Assembly (NCBI RefSeq): GCF_009914755.1
Contig: NC_060929.1
Direction: 5' to 3' (one strand)
From: the human T2T-CHM13v2.0 reference genome, Homo sapiens
Length of the DNA stretch: 64,000 nucleotides
Numbering within the stretch: the stretch's first letter is position 1; each line of letters opens with the position of its first letter. Positions 57,466 to 64,000 of the stretch are shown here, piece after piece. A program made the translations under genes and the position numbers. A model generated the notes under the pieces. It was not told the DNA's origin, made no database searches, and saw only the letters and a list, made by a program, of their open reading frames with translations.

Positions 57466-60400
57466 CTTGACCTTCCTTTGCAATGTTCTTTATCTCCTGC
57501 TCAGTGAGCCTGATGGGGAAGATGCTGGGGGTGGGGGTCCCGGAGGGCAGGGTGAGCCCTACAGTGTCCTGTTGGGCTGGGGCTAGAATTGGACTGTAGG
57601 GGAATGTCCATCCTCAGGCAACTGGGGCCTGAGATGGTGTTGTGGTCCTAAGGAAGGACCAAGAGGTGTACCTGGCTGCTTATCTGCCAGCTCAATGTCC
57701 TTCATGCAGCAGATGCCTACTGGGCAGCTTCTAGGGCCAGGCTGTGCTGGGCATGGGGGATACAGAAACGGATGACAGAGAATCATTGCCCTGAGGTCTG
57801 GCGATGGAGTCAGATATGAAAATAAAGGTGTGATAATGCCTTTGACTTAATGCAACTGGTGATTAGCTGCAACTGAGGAGGAAGATGTTGAGGACCCCTT
57901 TTTAAATTGCTAATTTAGGACTTAGCATGACCTTGGCAGGTAGGGGTCATTGACCCCATTAGACAGATGAAGACATGGAGGCTCAGAGGGTGAAAAAGAG
58001 ACTGTACTAGGGCTGTAACAGAGCAGTGGGGGGTCCAATCCCAGGCTTGTGGGACTCCGTTGCACCCCCACACTACTTCTGTTCCATGTCAGACCCTGAG
58101 CAACACTGCCTAGTTACTTTTCCAGAAAGTCAAGTTGCAGCTGTAAGAGTGAATTAGCTGATTCTCAGCCAGAACTCGGTATCAATGGTGACTGTGAAGA
58201 AAAGCCAACACTTAAATGCCCTGTGCTCCATGCCAAGTACTAAATGCCGCATGTATCTTAGTTCCTACAACCCTCCTACCAGTTCTGTGAAGTAGGTGCT
58301 CCACCTTCAGCACCACTACCATCCGCTTTGTCATCATCATCCCCGTTTGGAGACGAAGAACTGGAGGAACAGAGCGGTGAAGCAGCTTGCTCGAGGTCAC
58401 GCAGTCAGTGAGCAGCAGAGCTGTGACTGAAGCCCACACCTTTTTGGTACCAGGGTCTTAAGCACTGTGCCATGCAGCAGTGACCATGCATCTCTGCATC
58501 TTGCTTTGTAGGTTATAGTTTGTGCTCACACATCTTCTCTAACGTGGATGGCAGGCCATCTGAGGAAGAGACCAGGGTTGACTTTGGGCAGAGTTGGAAG
58601 CTGAGTCTCCAAGCGGGTTGCTGCGCTAGGGGTTGGGGCTGAACATGCATGGTGGGTGGGAGAGAGAAGGGAGACGACGCAGCACCTCCCAGCTGGGGCT
58701 GCACAGGCTGCTGAACACAGGGCCTCAGACAACCCTACCCACTCCCATACAGCCTCGGGTTTCCAGCCCGGCTTTGGGAGATGGTGAGTGGGAGAGTGCA
58801 GGGATCGGAGCTGGCATCCTACCCACAAAGCCTGGCTGATCCACAAAGCCAGCACAGAAACACCCAACATGTCTTTCAATTACACAGAATCAGTGAAAGG
58901 CTTAATGAACACATGTACAAACACTCTGTCATAAGTGGATTTGCCACTCCAGTGCCTCAAAAAGTAAGAAAGCTATCACTTCTCTGGAATGAACAGGCTA
59001 TGGGTGTATGAGTAGAAACGAGGGAGAATGAGAGGGCCAGGAGATGGGTGCAGATATTTCTGGTTTAGGAGTGACTCTGGGGCCAAGTGCTATCCTTATT
59101 GGAACAGACGATGATGCCTAACTCTTCCCATGAATATATCCAAGGAGTGTGGCATCAGTTAGAAGAGTTTAACCAAAGGGGGTTTGGCCAGGGACATCTC
59201 CTCTGCATTTTGCAGGATGGGGTGTTACAGAGCCCTGCTGGCTGATGGAGGGTCAGGGGAGCCAGGCAATGATCCTAAAAACAGCACCTTGGTTTGTAGA
59301 TCAAGCTCTATTTGTGTGTTTTGCCTGCTTTTTAATCTATTCACCAACATTGGGAACCTCCCCAGAGATCCCCCCAGATAAGACAGGATGAAGGCTGTGC
59401 AGAGAGGGTGGCTGGGCTGGGCCTGTGTGTGGCAAGAAGTTCTGAGGCGGGAGGGCATGTCTGTGTGGGTGTCAGACTGGGTTCTGGGAGGACCTGGCCT
59501 TGGAACTGGGCCTTGAAGGACGGGCTGCACTATGACAGGAAGAATTCGGGAGGGTGGAGGAGAGACACCACAGAGCCATCCTCCCAGGTAATGGGGACAG
59601 CATTGTAAAGGTTTGGAGGAGGGAAAGCTCGGGGCTTCTGCTCATAAGGCTGCTGGGGTGCCTCCCCCAAGCCAGTGCCAGAGGCAAAGATTCAAGTCCG
59701 TACCCCTGGGCTCACAGTCCAGGCTGGGGGAGAGGAGGAGTGAGATGAAAGAGCAGCCCATGGCTGCATACTGGGGAGAAGCAGTGATGGCGCCCGGAGT
59801 CATCCCAGCGGCCGGTCGGATCAGAAGGTATTTAGCGAGATACACATTTTTTCTGGAAAATTGAAAGGCCACCTGTCAGAACTGCTGTTGGTCAATTTAT
59901 CTTCCCTCAACTCCTGCAATGTGCTCTAATCCAAACGGGGAGTCATGTGGAAGAAGAAGAAATTGATCCCCAATAATTCTTCCAAGAAGCACACAATACC
60001 ATCTCTTTAAAAAATAGCACTCCTGGACAGTGGAGAGAAAAGGACTCGTTTCCATGGCAACGTCAATGCCGTTTCCCATAGATCAGACTCAGTCTAGAAC
60101 AGCAGGCTGTTTATCTGAGTCTGTCCTTTTGTCAGAAATGACCTGTTTCTGGAAACACAGATCTAGAGTTCAATTAGTCAAAGTAGCCCCCAAAGGTGGT
60201 TGCACCTCTCTCTCTGGACACTCCCCGCTCCTCTCTCTCCTCACTGTCTCCTCTCTTTCTCTTAATCTTTCTCTTTTTCTGTCTCTGCCTCACTATCTCC
60301 TGAGGGAATGTTGTCTAGAGGCTGTGGACTGAGCTTACGTAATTTATTTTTCAATTCCAGGCCCTTGGTGAGAGCCTCGCTGGGTTTGGGCCAGGTGTTG

Positions 60401-60946
60401 GGGGTGTGGCCGGTGGCACAAGGAGAGGTTGGACCCGGGAGGAGAGTAGGCAGCCCTGGGACCCGGTGCGACTCCTGCACCTGCCTCTGCCAGTTCCCTT
60501 CGTCTCTTCACACCGCAGCTTCCTCATCTTTAAAATGGGAATAAGAATTGTTCCTACCTCATTTTGTGAGAATTCCATGACATAGTGTTTAAAGATTTAC
60601 CTAGAGCAGGAACTCGACAAATTGTAGCTACTGTGGATCAATCTCTCTGCCTCAGCTTCCTTATTTGTAAATTGGAATTACTTGTAAATACTGCCCCCCC
60701 ACCACCAATAGGGTTGCTGTGGGTTAAAATAAGGCAATGGCCTTGAAGTGACTATAACAGAGAAACGGATTACCTCCTGCCTACCCTCAGGAAGCTCCCA
60801 GGCCCTGTCCCATTCCTCGCAGGGCAGCCTCATGTCACCTACCACATATGCCACATCTACCACACAAAACCACAGGCTGCCCCATTTTCTTCATGTCTAC
60901 TCACAGTTTTTAATTGCTACATTTAGTTACACAAATACATCATCTT

Positions 60947-61372
60947 AAAAAAAATTCATTTTATCTTAAGTTCTGGGGTCCAGGTACAGGATGTGCAGGT
61001 TTGTTACATAGGTAAATGTGTGTCGTGCTGATTTGCTGCACCTATCGACCCATACCCATCACTTAGGTATTAAGCCCAGCAAGCATTAGCTATTTATCCC
61101 GATGCTCTCCCTCCCCCAACCCCACCCACCCCCAGACAGGCCCCAGTGTGTGTTGTTTCCCTCCCTGTGTCCACGTGGTTCTCGGTGTGCAGCTCCCACT
61201 TAGAACATGCCATGTTTGGTTTTCTGTTTCTGTATTAGCTTGCCGAGAATGATGGCCTCCAGCTCCATTCATGTCCCTGCAAAGGACATGATCTCATTCC
61301 TTTTTATGGCTGCATAGTATTCCATGGTGTGTATGCATCACATTTTCTGTAACCAGTCTATCATTGATGGGC
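60947..61372 (-). mobile_element. L1PA (PA8-13-like) 5'-truncated 3' end
   Basis: caggatgtgcaggtttgttacataggtaaa ... taggtattaagcccagc ... ccctgcaaaggacatgatctcattcc; TSD acaaatacatcat at 60931-60943 and 61373-61385. Confidence 0.88.
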
Positions 61373-61504
61373 ACAAATACATCATTTTTAGATTACAAAT
61401 AAAGTGTTGCTTTGAGGTCTCTGTCACATTTTCCAAAACCATTTTGATTAAATTATTTACATGCACTTCAAAACAAGCAGTAAATACATAAATAAATGAA
61501 ATAA

Positions 61505-63404
61505 AACAAGATTACAGACTTTATTCAAATCTCACCAGTCTTTCCACTAAAATCCTTTCTCTGTTTCAGGATCTGATCCAAGCCCTTGGACTGCATTTAG
61601 TTGTCTCTTCAGTCTTTTCAGATTTGTGACAATTCCTGCCTTACCTAGTCTTTCACAACCTTGACACTTTGGATGTGCTGATCAGGTACTTTGTAGCCTA
61701 TCTCTCAATTTTGTCTGACATATTTCCATGATCACACTGAAGATATGGATTTTGGAGGAAGAATTCACGGAGGTGCCCTTCTTAGAGCGTCATATCAGGA
61801 GTACAAGATATTGATGTGTCTTATTACTGGCAAAGTTAACCTTGACCCCTTGGTTTAGGTGGTATTTGCCAGGTTTCTCTATTACAAGTTACATTTTTTT
61901 CTTTGTAATTAGTAAAAATTTGAGGGAAGTTCCTTTGAGGACAATGCGAATATTCTATTTCTTCTTTCACACATTAATTTTAGTGTTCATCAATGGATCT
62001 TACCTGCAGCAATTACCGTTATAGTGTTCTCATAGCAATTTTATATTTCCCCCATTTCTTGTACATTTATAAACTGGAATTCCTCTATAAGGAAGAGTTG
62101 TCCCATCTCCACATTTATTTATTCAATCATTTATTTATATTAGTATAGACTCATAAATATTTACTTATTCTTTGGATTAAAATCTAATATGATTTTTATT
62201 TTGTTTCTCAAATTGTTTCTGATTAGTCATTGAGTGCTGTTTCAGGTGAGCTCACGTGTCTTTTTGATGCATCCCTTTAACAGTTCCTAATTTTCTGGCA
62301 CCACAAGATACTCCAGGCTCATCTTATATTTTCCCCTTTTCAGTCCTGGAATCGATTGTGTCCCCAGGGAGCCCTGGTTCCTTTGATGAGGGAATGACAT
62401 TTAGAAACCCAGTTCTGGATGTTAGCTGTGCTCACTGCTGCAGGGTGTCATTGCTTCCACGCTTTCTTGGTATACAGAGCTAGGAAGTTATGGATGTATA
62501 CTAGCCTGTGTATACATCTGTCTATTTGTCTGTCTGCTATCTATCTATCAATCTATCAATCTATCTATCTATCAATCTATCAATCTATCTATCTATCTAT
62601 CATCTATCTATCTATCAATCTATCTATCTATCTATCATCTATCTATCTATCTATCAATCTATCTATCTATCTATCTATCATCTATCTATCTATCAATCTA
62701 TCAATCTATCTATCTATCTATCCATCTATCTATCTATCTATCTATCTATCATCTATCTATCAATCTATCTATCTATCTATCTATCTATCCATCAATCTAT
62801 CTATCTATCAATCTATCAATCTATCTATCATCTATCTATCTATCTATCTATCTATCAATCTATCTATCATCTATCTATCTATCTATCTATCAATCTGTCT
62901 ATCTATCATCTATCTATCTATCATCTATCTATCAATCTATCTATCTATCTATCTATCCATCAATCTATCTATCAATCTATCAATCTATCTATCTATCATC
63001 TATCTATCTATCTATCTATCTGTCTATCTATCTATCAATCTATCTATCATCTATCTATCTATCATCTATCTATCAATCTATCTATCTATCTATCTATCCA
63101 TCAATCTATCTATCTATCAATCTATCAATCTATCTATCTATCTATCATCTATCTATCTATCAATCTGTCTATCTATCATCTATCTATCTATCTATCTATC
63201 AATCTGTCTATCTATCATCTATCTATCTATCTATCATCTATCTATCTATCATCTATCTATCTATCATCTATCTATCTATCATCTATCTATCTATCTATCA
63301 TCTATCTATCATCTATCTATCTATCTATCTATCCATCTATCTATCTATCATCTATCTATCTATCTATCCATCTATCTATCTATCATCTATCTATCTATCT
63401 ATCC

Positions 63405-63438
<34 letters not shown>

Positions 63439-63720
63439 GTCACACAAACATGAGTATTTTAATCCCTCTTACTCCAATGCAAAACCATAAGGTTTTTTTC
63501 TAGGATTCCCTCTTCACTTGCTTGTAATTTCTTTCTCTGACAGTGGGAAATATGTCTCTATTATTTACAATATATTTACTTATTCATTCATCTCTAGTGT
63601 ACATGTGAAGTCACTTCAGACACATGTTTTTTGGCATTTAGAACTGACATTGTTAGAGACATTTTCTGAGTCACTAACATTGCGTTTGAGAGTACAGCAT
63701 CTTTGTGTTTAATTGTAAGG
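61505..63720 (-). mobile_element. Old L1MC/MD-like fragment interrupted by a (TCTA)n array
   Basis: cagactttattcaaatctcaccagt, tctggcaccacaagatactccaggctcatctt, agagctagga; continues after the array. Confidence 0.72.
62517..63438. repeat. Compound (TCTA)n/GATA tetranucleotide array (~920 bp)
   Basis: TCTA with TCAA, TCA, TCCA and TCTG variant units. Confidence 0.97.
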
Positions 63721-64000
63721 GCTCATATATAAAGCCACTTCATGTTTTCTGAAGGCTAACATTTTTGCAAGGGGCAATGTGTTGTATTATATTTAAGCTG
63801 AGTTTCCCAAGGCCTCATCACTTAGAGTAACAATGAGGACTTATTAACAATAATCTCTTACACGTCATAGATACCTACTCCCATCTGCTCATGCAGGATC
63901 CTGACCCCCTTGTAAAGATCTCACTCATCAGCCCGCTACAGATATTTCTGGGAGCTCCCAGGTGGACTCTCACATGTGCCCAAGAACAGGTGTGTACCTG

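Noticed and set aside
58306-58320. TTCAGCACC RE1 left half-site
   Set aside because: No GGACAG right half and it lies within MIR-like sequence.
62419-63503. 344-aa and 331-aa ORFs (SIYL repeats)
   Set aside because: Artefact of the (TCTA)n array, which has no stop codons on this strand; no coding features.

Overview
Primate genomic DNA, almost certainly human because it carries an AluYa5 copy. The window covers the 3' part of the neuron-specific gene NSG2 (HMP19; NEEP21/calcyon family) on the + strand. Three coding exons are visible: 12568-12651, 52511-52621 (the transmembrane exon) and 55598-55789 (stop codon). They are separated by a ~39.9 kb and a ~3.0 kb intron and followed by a ~1.65 kb 3' UTR with AATAAA at 57441. 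The promoter and the exon carrying the start codon lie upstream of the window. The rest is intronic or downstream sequence rich in Alu, L1, L2, MIR, MaLR/ERVL LTRs and hAT DNA-transposon relics, with a 53-bp GGTGCT-rich minisatellite and a ~920-bp (TCTA)n array. None of the listed six-frame ORFs corresponds to the real CDS. The most unusual structure is a non-Alu inverted duplication in the last intron: ~300-bp arms about 90% identical, the left arm bracketed by a perfect 17-bp direct repeat and the right arm split by a later Alu. I see no evidence for a new protein-coding system. Repeat subfamily names were assigned by eye from remembered consensus sequences and need RepeatMasker/Dfam confirmation.
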